From NCBI RefSeq assembly GCF_009914755.1, contig NC_060939.1: a stretch of DNA of 64,000 bases; one strand, given 5' to 3'. The DNA is from the human T2T-CHM13v2.0 reference genome, Homo sapiens. Positions 26,844 to 41,310 of this stretch are shown piece after piece (within the stretch, counting starts at the first letter, position 1; every line of letters starts with the position of its first letter). Position numbers and translations under genes: made by a program. Below the pieces are notes generated by a model, which saw only the letters and a program-made list of their open reading frames with translations, had not been told where the DNA came from and made no database searches.

Positions 26844-29800
26844 CCTATTTGTCTTAAAAGCTTCCCAGGTGATTCTAATGTGCTGCTGCTAGGGGATGAG
26901 CACCCCTGGGGAATACTGCCTGCGGTTGATCTCCAGCAGATTCTCTTGTGTCCTCTGAGCTCTACCTTGGGACGTGCATCCTCACAGCCCGGTAACTCCC
27001 CTTCCTGCATGGGGCCCCTTGACCTCGCCTAGCAGTTGCAGTGAGGGGCATTGACTTCAGTGGGATCCTGTCATAAGACAAAGGCTTCTTAGCATCACGG
27101 AGCTGCGTGGATTTTTATAGAGGAGGGTTAGATGTTACCAGAGACCTTTACCAAGAGGACTGGGAGAATTGTATCAGCTTTTTAATATTAAAAGGGAGTG
27201 AGTCTTCCTGCTTTGGTGTTTGTCTCTTGTACTGTCATAATTGTGTTCTGTTGTATGAGTGGTTTGAAAATGTTTACATAGGATGTGTCCTCCTTGGGTT
27301 TAATTTCACCTCGTGCAAGTGCTGGTACTCTAGGTTTGGAGTTTCAGCCTGCCTGCCTTCTGCAGGACTCAGTTGGTATGCAGCATGTGTGTGCATTGTT
27401 GCTTTTAGTAATAGTTGCTCAGTTAATTTACCATCATTGGTTGAGGGGAGAACCTACTTATTGCCCCACATAGAATAAATTATTCTTTGTTGAGAGCCTT
27501 CAGCCCAGACTGCATTAGAGCTGCCAGGATAAACCACCACTCTTTTGTTTGTGGTCTTCAATTTCTAAGTCCCCTTGACCTGTTAACTGCTTCATTAGTG
27601 GGTGAGGGAATGGGGAGTTGGTTATGGGAACTGCTTTTCTCCAATGCCAGGAAAGCCTCTACTAAGGTATGGCCCAGCCGTATCTCACATTTCCATGGAA
27701 GCATTTGTTCTAAGACCCTGCCTGAGGAGGGCCTTGGAGAAGCCATGGGGTGGTGTCCTAGAGGTGACTCCCGCTGTCACTCCCTTGCTCCCTGCATCCT
27801 TTGAGGGGGCTGCCAAGTGCCTGTATCAAGGCTGAAAGTAGGGTAGGTACAGCCTGTAAAGGTTTATCTTTTTCCCTCTCCCCATTTCATTTAAATGTTT
27901 CAGCAGGCATTTATTAGGCCCTATACCAGACACCTTGGGAGGCAGAGAGGAGCAAAGCCGTTGCTGCCCTCCTGGGGCTGCGCCTCTAGTCTAGGAGCCA
28001 GGTCTGTACCTCAGTGCCTTGGTTCTGACTGGGAGGAGACAGACGGCTGCTGTGGGCTTTAACTGGCAGGGATTGGGATAGGGGAAAAGAGGTAATGTGG
28101 ACAAGAGCCTTTTAGACCCAGACAGACCTCAGCCTGGTCCAGCTGGCGAATTCTTTGTATGGTAATGGGGACTAAGCCTCAAGTATGGAAATTTGCCTAA
28201 ACTAACTCCTAGTCAGATCACTGGGGGCCCCGGGTGTGCTGGGAGCGAGCTGTTCATTCAGTTTTGTCTTTCCACTGTGGTTTCTAGTTGGTCCAAAGCT
28301 TCATGGTATTTTTTTCATTCCCTTGGCAAACATTTTTTTGGGAGGCCCTGCCTTGTGGCCAGTGCTGGGGACAGAGTTGACCACAGTGGCTGCTCTCCAG
28401 GGGCTGAGATTCCAAAGTCTCCTGGGCCAAGTGTGGTCTGGGAGCAGCTGTGTCAGAATCACTTTCTGTGCTTGTTAAAATGGCAGATTCTTTTGCCTCA
28501 CCTCATGCTACTAAATCTGCATTTTTATTAGTAACAAGCCACCCAGACGGCCCCTCTCCATTTATAGCTTAAGCAAAAGGTAGAGAAGCTTTGCTCTGGT
28601 AAAGGTGACAGAAGGGGCTGGCTCAGTGATTCTTCAGGAAGCAGGGCCAGCAGAGTGTTTTGAGTGATTGGAGGTATCAGGAGCACCCCCGAGGTTATTG
28701 GCCTGGGTACTTCAGTGGCCAGCATCAGTGATGGGCAGGGAGGGTGTGCATGTTGATTTTGAGGTCTTTCTCTGCATGATATCCCTCTGGAACTTATTTT
28801 ATATTTTCATCCACAAACAGGATTTATGGGTCTGAAGAGGAGGGCTGGGATAGTGTGTGTCTCCTGGGAACTGTGGGAGTAGTTTGTGGGTCCAGCACAG
28901 ATCTATGGCTGGGCACAGAAAATTCTGTCTACTTGGGGTTACTTACTTTTATTCTCCTTGGCCTAAGCTTCTAATACCTTGTCCTTGGTCTAGTCCCTAT
29001 TCTGAGGTGTCCTCCACTTGCTGAGTGACTTGGAGTGAGCCCCCCAAGTGGGACTTGAAGGTGGCAGGAAGAGGAAGGCAACGGGAGGAGGGGGCGAGGG
29101 GGTATGGAGTTGGGGTGAGAGCTGGGCAGGATTTAGCCATGTTTACCCTTGCTGGGCTGGGGGGTGGATGAGACCAGCCTGGCACTCCCACCCCTCCCCT
29201 TCCGCAGCAGCATCCCTTCCAGATTGCGACCCTCCTTTGCCCTCCAGACGATGCCCTTGGGATCTGAGTCCCTGGTAACCCTGCCATGTCTCTCTGGGGC
29301 AGTTGGCAGTTTCTGCTCCCTGGCCATGCCATGCAGACAACAAATATGTAAATTGGATCTCAGCTTTGGGGGTCTCTTCCTTGGGAAGCCTCGACTCCCT
29401 ATTTGTTTCATCTTGGCTGTTGCCCTCCAAACTCTGTGGTAATTACCCAGCTTCTTACCTGAAAACTGTGAGGCTTGTTCCTAGGGCTAGGCAGTGTCAG
29501 ATACGTGGAAGTCATCAATACTTCTTTGTAGAGGGACTTATGTGAGGTATATGACACATATCTTCCTCACTCTTCTTGGAAGGTAGGATCTTTAGGGTCT
29601 GTAAGTGGGAGAAGACATCAAGACCCTCAGCCTTCTGTTCTTGAACATTCATCATTGTGCCACCACCCCCCCTCCACAATTCTGGTCTTGGGTTTCACAG
29701 TCCCAAGAAAGGAGATTGATTTATTTATTGGAAGACAAATAAGGTTTAATAGTTCATAAATGTCACCTTTCCCAGGTAGGTTTGCATTTCTTACAGGGAA

Positions 29801-30092
29801 TTTGAGAAATTAGGTGGAAGAGTAATGGGAAGAGGGATGGAGTCGTGTTTTGCCATGGTGGCCTTAACACCGGTGACAGCTGACCTGCAACTTGAGTCCA
29901 GTTAATGCACACAGTAAAGGTTTCCAACTAGAAGCTTATTTTGTTTGTTTGTCTTTGTGGATGCACAGACATTTCCTTCTTTACTTGGTTCCTGTGGTTT
30001 GCGTTTAGTGTAGACGTAATGTTTGTCCCTCTAGAATTTATTTTAAGAATAACAGTAGGAGCAGGATTGTAAACTTGGTTCAAGGAAGAAAG

Positions 30093-30108
30093 CACGTGAA
30101 GCCACGTG
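30093..30108. promoter_or_regulatory. Tandem canonical E-boxes CACGTG-N4-CACGTG (candidate)
   Basis: CACGTG at 30093-30098 and 30103-30108 in apparently non-repetitive sequence. Function not shown. Confidence 0.3.
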
Positions 30109-33100
30109 CCTTGATCGCCCGGCCTATTAAAGCCAATTTCACTCCTTGCCCGGTGTGTCTGGAGTGGGTTGATTAAGTTTTGCTTTCCATATTCTCAGGT
30201 GAATCTCTTTAGATTCTTTCCCACAACTGAATGTGGTAAATGCTTTTGAGAAGAGGAAAAGCTCTTTTTATGAGAGTTACCTGTGCTTATTTCTCTAAAG
30301 AGATGGCATGTGAAACCTGGCAGGTACCTCTGGGAAAAGTATACTGATGCATGTGCCAGGTGTCATACGTCGTGTGTTAAAGTGTGAATTCTGAGAGTGC
30401 CACTGTAGTTTCCAGTAGGTAATGTTATAATGTGTGCTTATTAATAATATGAATTTAGTATGCATTAATTCTTGATCCTGACTGATCTTCAAGAATCACC
30501 TGGGACGGCTTTGAATATCCAGATTTCAGAATCTCACCCAGACTCACTGACTCAGAGCTTCTGGAGTGGGACCTGGGGCCCTATTGAAAGCTTCTCTGGG
30601 GGAGACGGATATCATCAGCCTGACTTCCGTCTGGAGACCGGCCCTGGAGCAGCATGCCAATTTTGACAGGTCACCAGGCCAGAGCTTGTGGCTCTGGGTG
30701 GGAACCGGGGTTGGCGGGGGTGGGGGGGGTAGTGGTGAGCCCTAAGCAATCACTCAAGGGGGGTGCAGTGATCTTGTGATGGTACTGTTTCAGGAAGGAG
30801 GAGGAGAAGATGCCTGGTAGCAAACTGAGGAGAGGCCTGTGTGGTTGGATGGTTCTGCCTGGGATATCTGAGTTTGCTGTTCTGGGAAGCCAGGAGGATG
30901 AACTGATTCATCGGTTGGTGAAAGCCCCTGAACCTTTCCCTTTAGGTGCTTCGAAAATCGAAAGACTTATCGTTTATGAAAAGCACATGTGTTAAGATCG
31001 TGTCTAGCCAACTCTGCATTGTGGTTTCTAGCTGGTGAGACGTCTCCCCACCCGACTTGAGACCTGCCTTGGCCAGGGTTTAGTTACCCCCTCTAATTTT
31101 TTGGCATGCTGGGTTTGTAGTTTAGCAGGGAACTTCACTCTGGCCGATGTATTTAATTGCTGGTGTGTTTTGGAGAAGCTAGAGAGAGGAAGTAGTCTGG
31201 AAGTTTTCTTTAGACATGCCAACAGGTTTGGGTTAATTTTGGGGGTGGGAACTGGAAGATGCTGTGGCCCCTGGTCAAGGTGCCTGGGGTGGTTTGGTCA
31301 TTTTTATTGTGAATTCCTAAAACATCAGGCACACCAATATCAGAAATACCAGAAACTTTCTAGAAGCAAACATAACTTAATGCTGAAGTGTTTGCATCTC
31401 TGTGTAGTTTCCTTGGCAAAGATTATTCAGGCCCATAATAATGTAATTGAGATAATATGTTTTCCTGAGAACTGTCGTGTCCTTTCAGCCTGTACGTGAC
31501 TTATCCAAGATCACTGGTTAAGGTTTTTACATAACCGATATAAATGCGGAGACTTCCTGAGAGACCTGGCCCGAACTGATAAGAAAAAAGGTTTTGATTT
31601 TATGATGATTCCAATTTAGTGATATTCCTAAACTAGTTTATTCTAGTTCTCCTTTGAGTCCCCTGGAATGTATATATAAGTGTACAGATTTTAAAAAGGA
31701 AAAAATTAGGTCTTTGTGGCTGTGTTTACATATTCTGAACACTTATTGGACTTCTGTTGTAAGCTAGCATTTATTGGTGTTTCAGAGGTGGAAAATTCCA
31801 TTACAGTTCAATTGACTTTGGAGAACATACCAGTGTCTAGAAAGTTAAACAACTGTTTTGTGTCTTAAGTGGAAAGCAAATTTGTATGACTTTGGAAATA
31901 GTGTATCTGTCTTATTGGGCCAATCATGGTTAAATTGAAGACATGGAAACTATCAAAAACAATTACAACTGTTATTTTCTGTCCAAACTCTTCCCGGTTA
32001 GAGGAATCTTGGCCTCAATTAGAACTTTAGCTTCTGTTTTGTTCGCTAGATGTTTTTACTCTCAATTACCCTTAATCTGGATTATTTGCGAGGTAGCAAT
32101 TTTTGTTAGGAGGAGGTAGCACTTGTTTGAGTTAATGATTTGCACCACATTTTTGGGGATGGTGACTTTAATACTTTAATTCTGCAGGAGTTCAGATGTA
32201 TAGTGGACAGATCTCATCTCTGTTTGAGACTTAGTCAAACGAACCAATAAATATTTATTGAGCATTTACTGGTACCCTGCATTGTGCTCAAACCCCATGT
32301 CGATCATGAGTAAAGTATAAGTCATGGCCCGGTATGTCAGATTGAACAGTAAGATGGTTAGAGGGAACAATCCACAAGGTAATGTAGAAGTGTGAGTAAT
32401 TCAGGATAAATTGTTTGGGACAGTTACTGAGTGATACTCACTTTAGCCATTGGAGAGATCAATTTGGTCTAGAAGTCTCAAAGGCTTCCTGGAGGAGGCG
32501 AGAAAGATGATAAACAGGAAAAGCCAAAAAAAAAAAAAAATACACAAAAACACCCAGCTCCTTCCAGGATGATAGTAATAATTTGGATGATCAAGCACAA
32601 GGGAGGATCTGAGAGACTGATACCTTGCTCTGGATTCTCGTTAGAAATAATGACCTTGAGCTGACTTTTGAGCTCCAGGCCCACTGAGTGAGGCTTGAGG
32701 GGAAACGACTTTTAACAGGTAAACATCTCTCTGAAGGGCTCCCAGGGTTTAAGCAGAGGACTCTGCCTACCATAGTGTCCCCAGTCCTTGGTCACAAGCC
32801 TGCTGGAGCATGTGAAACTGTGTAGAGCTTTTCCCTTTGGAGAAGGGAAATATACTTACATATGTGCATATACATTAAAGTGAACATTAAAAAAAGACCT
32901 AGTTCAATAACATTTTTGAATCTGAGATGAGAGCAGCACAGCAGTAGGGATAAACAACTAATTAAGGCCGAATGTTCTCTACATATTTGTGGAATATAAT
33001 TTGACTGTGCACTGATGACATGTTAAACACAAAATTAGATACTTACATAATTAGGCAATTTAAACATATGTCATATCCCGAAGTCACCGGAACAGGTAAC

Positions 33101-33839
33101 GGTAAATGTGACCATACTGCTTGTTTGGTTTCTCAGGGTTTGTGCCTGGAAGGATCACATGTAGCCTGAGACTCTGGAATTTTGAAACCAAACATTGACA
33201 AGTGGCTTGTTTGATTTGGTAGTTTAAGTTTGGATGCTGAAAGAATCTTTATAGCTCAGCAAACATGGACTTGTGCAGCTTTCTTTAGCTTTCTCCATTT
33301 GGAAAAACATTCAGAAAGAAGAAAGGGAAAATGGCATCAGTCGTTCCTCAAATATATAAATAAAATAAAGGAAATTTCTAAAAATGGAAGACCAGAAACC
33401 CATGTATATTTAATTCTATGCCTCTGTGCAGCTTGGTGTAAATATTTTGTGGATTTCATCTCTATTGGAACAAAATATCAGGGATACAAATGTAGAGTGG
33501 GTGAGCTCCAGGCCTTGGGCCCCGGGCATGGTCCCAGGCCCATCTCTTGCTCTGGGTTAATGGGACTTCTGGAACGCTCCTTGGAAAGGACGTGTTGCTC
33601 TTTTAGCTCCTGAATGCAGACAACAAATTCACTTGTGACTCAGAATCATAGCAGGCCTCGTCCTGGTGTAATAGCAGTTGGGCTGTATTCCTTCAGTGTC
33701 TCAGTGTGTGTATGTTTAATTAAATTTTTTTACTTTTTATTAGTGTATCTTTATTAGATTTTTTATCGAATTTTTTATTAGGTCCTCTGGAAAAGAAACA
33801 CTCTGGGAAAGTAATCCTCTAATTGAAGACAAAATGACC

Positions 33840-34140
33840 ATTTTAGTCTGTTTCATGATGCAAAACTAAATACCTGAGGCTGGGCAATTTTCAAAGAACA
33901 GACATTTATTTGTCTCAGAGTTCGGGAGGCTGAGAGGTCCAAAATCAAAGTGCTGGCTTCTGGTGAGGGCCTTCTTGCTGTGTCCTCACATGGTAGAAGG
34001 GCAAAAGAGCAAATCCACTCCTGCAAGTGCTTTTATAGTGGCATTAATCCACTCATGAGGTTGGAGCTCTCTTGACCTAAACACCTCTCAACACTGTTGC
34101 ATTGGGGATTGTTTCTAACATATGAATTTTGGATCGTACA
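33840..34140 (-). mobile_element. MaLR LTR (MST/MLT1A-like)
   Basis: TTAGTCTGTTT...AAATACCTGAGGCTGGGCAATTTT...GGTGAGGGCCTTCTTGCTG...GGCATTAATCCACTCATGAGG. Confidence 0.75.
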
Positions 34141-35356
34141 CAGGGTACCATATTGAGATGATGTATGTGAAGGCACTTTGAAAAGAACCGGAGGCATGCT
34201 AATGTGTGTTATGTGATTTGATTTAATTTAATTTTTAAATGTTTTGAGGTTTGGGTTCTTAGAGGTGAAGAAACTGCAGGAGGTGTTTTATGGAGCTTTT
34301 ACTGTGTTCTTGGCAATATACTAGGAGTTGTTTTGCTCCTTCGAGTACATGTATTTTGGCCATGACTAATTTAAGGTCCTTTGGTTTATGCCCTAGAATG
34401 CATATTTATAGAGTTTCTACGCCTCTTGTGAAACATGCTGACTCCAGAAAATCCCTCACATAACTGGCAGGGGAGAGAGAAGTGTCTGTGCCCTATTTTC
34501 CTACGAGCCAAGGAGAAGCCCTTGCCAGGCAGGCATGGGGAGTACTCATCCAGATGTGTTTGACATAGTTTCTGAAATAGACCACAGCATATGCCACTTG
34601 GTTTCTATTTTAAGATAGGTATGTTGACAGAGGCATTGGTCCCCAAATAGAGGGGCAGAGGGTGTGAGATGTGTACTCCTAGGGAGAGGAACTGGGTGTC
34701 TTTATTTGGTGATGTGAATTTCAACCTGAAATACAAATCATGGTGTTTTCTGGGAAGAAGACTGCAGCCCTGACAGGGCTCCAGCCTGGGCGTTTCATTC
34801 AGAGGCTCTCACCTATACCTGTTGCTGGCCACAGGGACCCAGGGGACAATCTGACACAGAAGCCTGAGGGTTTTTGCCTTGTAACTTCTTGTTGTATCTG
34901 AATTAAGTCAACTCTAAGGCTGTGGTATCCCTCTGGACTAATCGATTCCTGGTCCAGGAGGCCTGATTCCAAAGTTCTGAAACTCCATAGGGCCTGCTGA
35001 GAACCAGAGGACAAATCCCTGTACCACCTGACTGTCACCGAGGCAGACCGCTGGGGCATACCACCTCTGTTTCTAGTCTTGGTGTTAGCCAATCTCAGGG
35101 GTGTGAATTCTCTATTTAGTCCTCTTGACTATGGACTGTGATTGTGTTACCTGCTTGCTTCGGGTCTGCTCACAGACTGAGTTGTGTTTTCTGCTTTTGA
35201 GTCAAGGTTGTCACTCACTGGTTTTTTTCCCCCAGATGGCCTTTGTACATAAGGGCCCCTGTTCTGGTGTAAGGGATACTAATCTTATCATACCTGCCTC
35301 AGTTATTTGAAGCTTGAATGAATCGAGTCTCCTGTCCAGATTCACTTCCCTTCTTG

Positions 35357-36358
<1,002 letters not shown>

Positions 36359-36359
36359 T

Positions 36360-37007
36360 CTTTTTCCTTCAACTTTTAAGTTCAGGGGAACATGTGCAGG
36401 ATATGCAGGTTTGTTACATAGGTAAATGTGTGCCATGGTGGTTTGCTGCACAGATCAACCCATCACCTAGGTATTAAGCCCAGCATCCATTAGCTATTCT
36501 TTCTGATGCTCTCCTTTCCACCCCCAGACCCCAAAGTGTGTTGTTTCCCGCTATGTGTCCATGTGTTCCCATCATTCAGCTCCCACTTATCAGTGAGAAC
36601 ATGCAGTGTTTAGTTTTTCTGTTTCTGCCTTAGTTTGCTGAGGATGATGACTTCCAGCTCCATCCATGTCCCTGCAAAGGACCAAGATCTTGTTCTTTTT
36701 TATGGCTGCATAGTATTCCATGGTGTATATGTTCCACATTTTCTTTATCCAGTCTATCATTGATGGGCATTTGGGTTGATTCCGTGTCTTTGCTATTGTG
36801 AATAGTGCTGCACTGAACATACGCATGCATGTATCTTTATAGTAGAATGATTTATATTCCTTTGGGCATATACTCAATAATGGGATTGCTGGGTCAAATG
36901 GTATTTCTGCCTCCAGATCTTTGCAGAATTGCCACACTATCTTCCGCGATGGTTGAACTAATTTACACTACCACCAACAGTGTAAAACCATTCATTTTTC
37001 TCCGCAG
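36360..37007 (-). mobile_element. L1PA 3' fragment (ORF2p C-terminus plus 3'UTR)
   Basis: ORF 36590-36937(-) reads EIPFDPAIPLL...FTIAKT...WIKKMWNIYTMEYYAAIKKN, the L1 ORF2p C-terminus, followed by L1PA 3'UTR. Confidence 0.93.
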
Positions 37008-37123
37008 AAGTTGACTGTCTTTATATGCTTAAGTCATTTTTATTTCTTTTTCTCTTCACTTTTTGTGTCTGCTGTCTATTTGTCTATTGTGTTGTTGTCT
37101 TTTTCTTATTGATTTGTATTTGA

Positions 37124-37478
<355 letters not shown>

Positions 37479-37759
37479 TGAATACTTTCCCTCATTTTGT
37501 CTTTGTCACTAGCTTTTTCACTGCACAAAATTTGTTTTATGTAGTCAAATTTATTAATCTTTATGAATTTTGGATTTTGTATCATGCTCCATGATATCAC
37601 TGTTGCCTGCCTTCTCCACTCTATCAGGATGTTTCTTGTGCCTACTTGTTTCAAACTTACGTCACAAACACATTTCTCCGTACTTCCCATTGCTTTCTGC
37701 ATCACAGATGTCCTGCTAACCTCCTGTTTGACCTGCAGTTCTAATTCAGTTGTCTGCCT

Positions 37760-38240
37760 CATCATTTATTCAGTCATCCATTGATCTATTAGTTCATTGA
37801 TTCCACGTTCCCTCTGAGTTCCAGGCACTGTGCTGTGTGTTAAGGATACAGTGGTGCGTATCTGTCCTATGCTCAGGAGCTCATGGAAAGCATAGCCAGG
37901 CTTCCACTTAGGTGGAATTCAAACTAACAGTCCTTGGCAACTGCAGGGAGTGCTGTGCGGGAGGACCTGGTGTTCTACCCTGGCCTGGGGTGAGGCAGAG
38001 GGCGATCAGGGAAGACTTCCTTGAGGGAATGTGTCCAACCCTATAACCTGAGTGGGAGTTTGCCAGCCTTTCGTGAGCAGGTGGCAGGATGTCAGTGGAG
38101 GAGGAGGAAGAGAGCTTTCCCTATTGAGAAAGCTGCCTAGGGAAAGCCTTGCAGTGGACAGGAGCTCAATGTGTTTGAGAAACCAGTGAAGGCCAGTGTG
38201 GCTGGAGCAGGCCTATGAGAGGAGGTCTCAAGGGACTTGG
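37760..38240 (-). mobile_element. L2 fragment
   Basis: CATTTATTCAGTCATCCATT...CCAGGCACTGTGCTG...ATCAGGGAAGACTTCC...GAAGGCCAGTGTGGCTGGAGC. Confidence 0.65.
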
Positions 38241-38312
38241 AGGAATCAGGTTGTTTGAATTGTTGAAGAGTTGTGTATGGCTTGGTTATTTGCTCCATGA
38301 TTCTCTGATTTC

Positions 38313-38622
38313 TCTTTATTTATTTATTTTTTTTAGAGGCAGGGTCTCACTCTGTCACCCAGCCTGGAGTGCAGTAGCACAATCATAGCTCACTGCAGCC
38401 TCGAATTTCTGGATTCAAGGGCTCATCCTTCCTTGGCTTCTGAGTAGCTGGGACTACAAGCATGCATGCACCATCGTGCCTGGCTAATTTTTAATTTTGT
38501 TTTGTAGAGACAGGGACTAACTATTTTGCCCAGGATGGTCTCAGACTCCCAACCCCAAGTGATCCTCCCGCTTTGGCCTCCCAAAGTGTTGGGATTAAAG
38601 GCGTGAGCCACTGTGCCCAACC
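38313..38622 (-). mobile_element. AluJ
   Basis: ATCATAGCTCACTGCAGCCTCGAA J diagnostics. Confidence 0.9.
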
Positions 38623-38969
38623 CAATTGTATGATTTCTCTTTTGTATACATCCTCTAATATTTCAGTAGAATTCCCAACACATTGGTTCAATGGACTTTT
38701 TAATCACTTTGGCTTTCTTTCATTTGCACAGTTTTGTTTCATCTCTCAGTGATTATGAGCCACTTGAGGAAAAATACCATCAAGGGCTCTTAGGAGGGCG
38801 TCTCCCATGTTGGTGTACAGCCTGCTAGAGGTCTAGGAATCCTTTCTGAGGAGCACATTCATCAATAGCAGTGTATTAGGAGTTATGGGGGACACATACA
38901 AGTTTCATCTTTAGTTTTATCTCCTGGTGATTGGTGGTGGCTGCTGAGAGAGATCATGAGGCCAGGTCA

Positions 38970-39130
38970 GCTAGCTGGGACTATAAGTGCGAGCCACCAC
39001 ACCTGACCTTTTTTTTTTTGTAGTCACAGGATCTCACAATGCTGCCCAGGCTGGTCGTGAACTCCTGGCCCCAAGCAGTCCTTCTCCCTCTGCCTTGTGA
39101 AGATTATAGGTGTGAGACATGACACCTGGC
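38970..39130 (-). mobile_element. AluJ fragment
   Basis: Reverse partial right arm plus left arm. Confidence 0.75.
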
Positions 39131-39348
39131 TGAAAGGTGCTATTTCATCCTGCCCCTAGGTGTTTGTTGGTATAGGTACATTTGGGCAAGAGTCATAATC
39201 ATAGTACTGTGTGTCATCTGGAGCCATTCTCCTTACTGACATGAGCTTCTAGTCCTAGCCCTTGCCTCAGGATACTGATGCCTCTGTTTTAGGTCAGGTT
39301 TACTTTTTTCCTCTGTAAAACGGTACTTTCAAAAAACACCATGGGGGG

Positions 39349-39385
39349 GTGTGTGTGTGTGTGTGTCTGTCTGTCTGTCTGTCTG
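39349..39385. repeat. (GT)n(CTGT)n compound microsatellite
   Basis: Directly visible. Confidence 0.85.
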
Positions 39386-40877
39386 CCAATTGGTGCAGTG
39401 GCCTCTGCATCCTGAGCTATATTTTCCCCTTGAAATGATCAGGGTTAATAGCATCTGCAAAAATGTATTGATTAACATAGTCATGAATCATTTATGCAAC
39501 AACTGGCAATGCAACGGATTGATTTACAGACTTCTGGGTGTAGGAGGAGCACCACACATCTATGGACCATCCCCTTTCCCACTCTCGCCTCTGGTGGCAG
39601 CAGATGCACCCTGGTCCCCAAGAGCTCACTGGGGAAGGCAAGTGTTAGAGAGGATGTAGTGGGATGAGCTCAGGGCCAAACAGCATTTAGAGAACCATTA
39701 CAAGCCAGCCTTGGTCAGGTAGTCAAACTTACTTCCAGGATGTCTGGCAAAGAGCCATCAGTTGCTGCTCTAGAAAGTCCACAACATGGCCTAATCCAGT
39801 AGTTGTTATTTAAGGGAAAACAGGGGCACTGGGGAGCAGCCAGATCACATCCTTGCTTTTTGCACATTTGGCAGAATGTTTAAAGGGAGTGGGGGCTATT
39901 ACACTTCTCCCTGTGGAAATATGCCATATCCTTGTTAAGTTGAAGACAGCCTTGTCTGTAAAGCTTAGTCTATCTGAAAGGTCCTTTCCTATCCAAATTC
40001 CAGTCAGCCTCATTCCCCTCTGTAGATGGAAGTGCACCTTTATCTGCTGAGATTTTATTCTAAACATGTCAACCTTTAAACATTAAGGAGTTGGTGATCT
40101 CCTTACCTCTGACCACTTGCAGCATTTATTTATCCCATACAGTTCGGTGCATAATCAGTCAGCCCATGTTGTTTACAGCGTAGCAAGTGTAAGAGGGAAG
40201 TAGGGAGGTAGGTGGGGCCAACATTCATGTTTAGGTTCAAGCCTGAGAATAAGGATGAGCACAAGGCTACTGAGACCATATAAAACCCCTGGAACAATGC
40301 CTTGTCCAGTAAATGGCACTCTGCAGAGTCAGTCCTCTTCACCCTGCCAAGTTCCCCTGTGTATGATATGCCTGGACCAGGACAGATGCTCAGGTGATCC
40401 CAAGGACCTAGGGAGGGAAGGGTCCCCTGGCTGAGCAGGCCTCAACAGTTGGATCCTTCTAGCAACAGCTGTGCTAGCACATGCTGGACTCGGATTAAAG
40501 TCATACTTCCTACTCTTAATTTCCTGTTTCTTTTGTACTTAGGATTTAACAATACGGTTGTGATTTAGATGTTGCTATCTGTAATAGGGCTTTTCTTTAT
40601 TGTTTAAAAGCTAATTAGGGAAAAAGATAATTATATGTGGTTGTAAATATATGCATTATATGTTTATGCATATGTATACAGTATAATTAGGATCAAGGAT
40701 AATAAATGCCTGACCCCTGTGCCATTACTTTTTCTCTTGCTGTCATGGCAGACATCGCTAGAAGATTATGACACTTTACTATGTACCCTAGGAAAGGCAG
40801 CCACTGCCAATCGATTGGAGTTGTCACATGTGATAAAACCTATTTGTCAGCCTAGATAAAACCTGTTAATAGATTGA

Positions 40878-41310
<433 letters not shown>

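Noticed and set aside
31035-31499. 154-aa ORF in unique sequence
   Set aside because: No recognisable domain, it starts at a non-ATG codon, and I saw no convincing exon boundaries.
36590-36937. 115-aa ORF with real protein similarity
   Set aside because: It is the C-terminal remnant of L1 ORF2p in a 5'-truncated L1, not a host gene.
39583-39602. CTCF-like motif (also near 19512, 43477 and 59733)
   Set aside because: Each misses the CCASYAGRKGGCR core through spacing or several mismatches.
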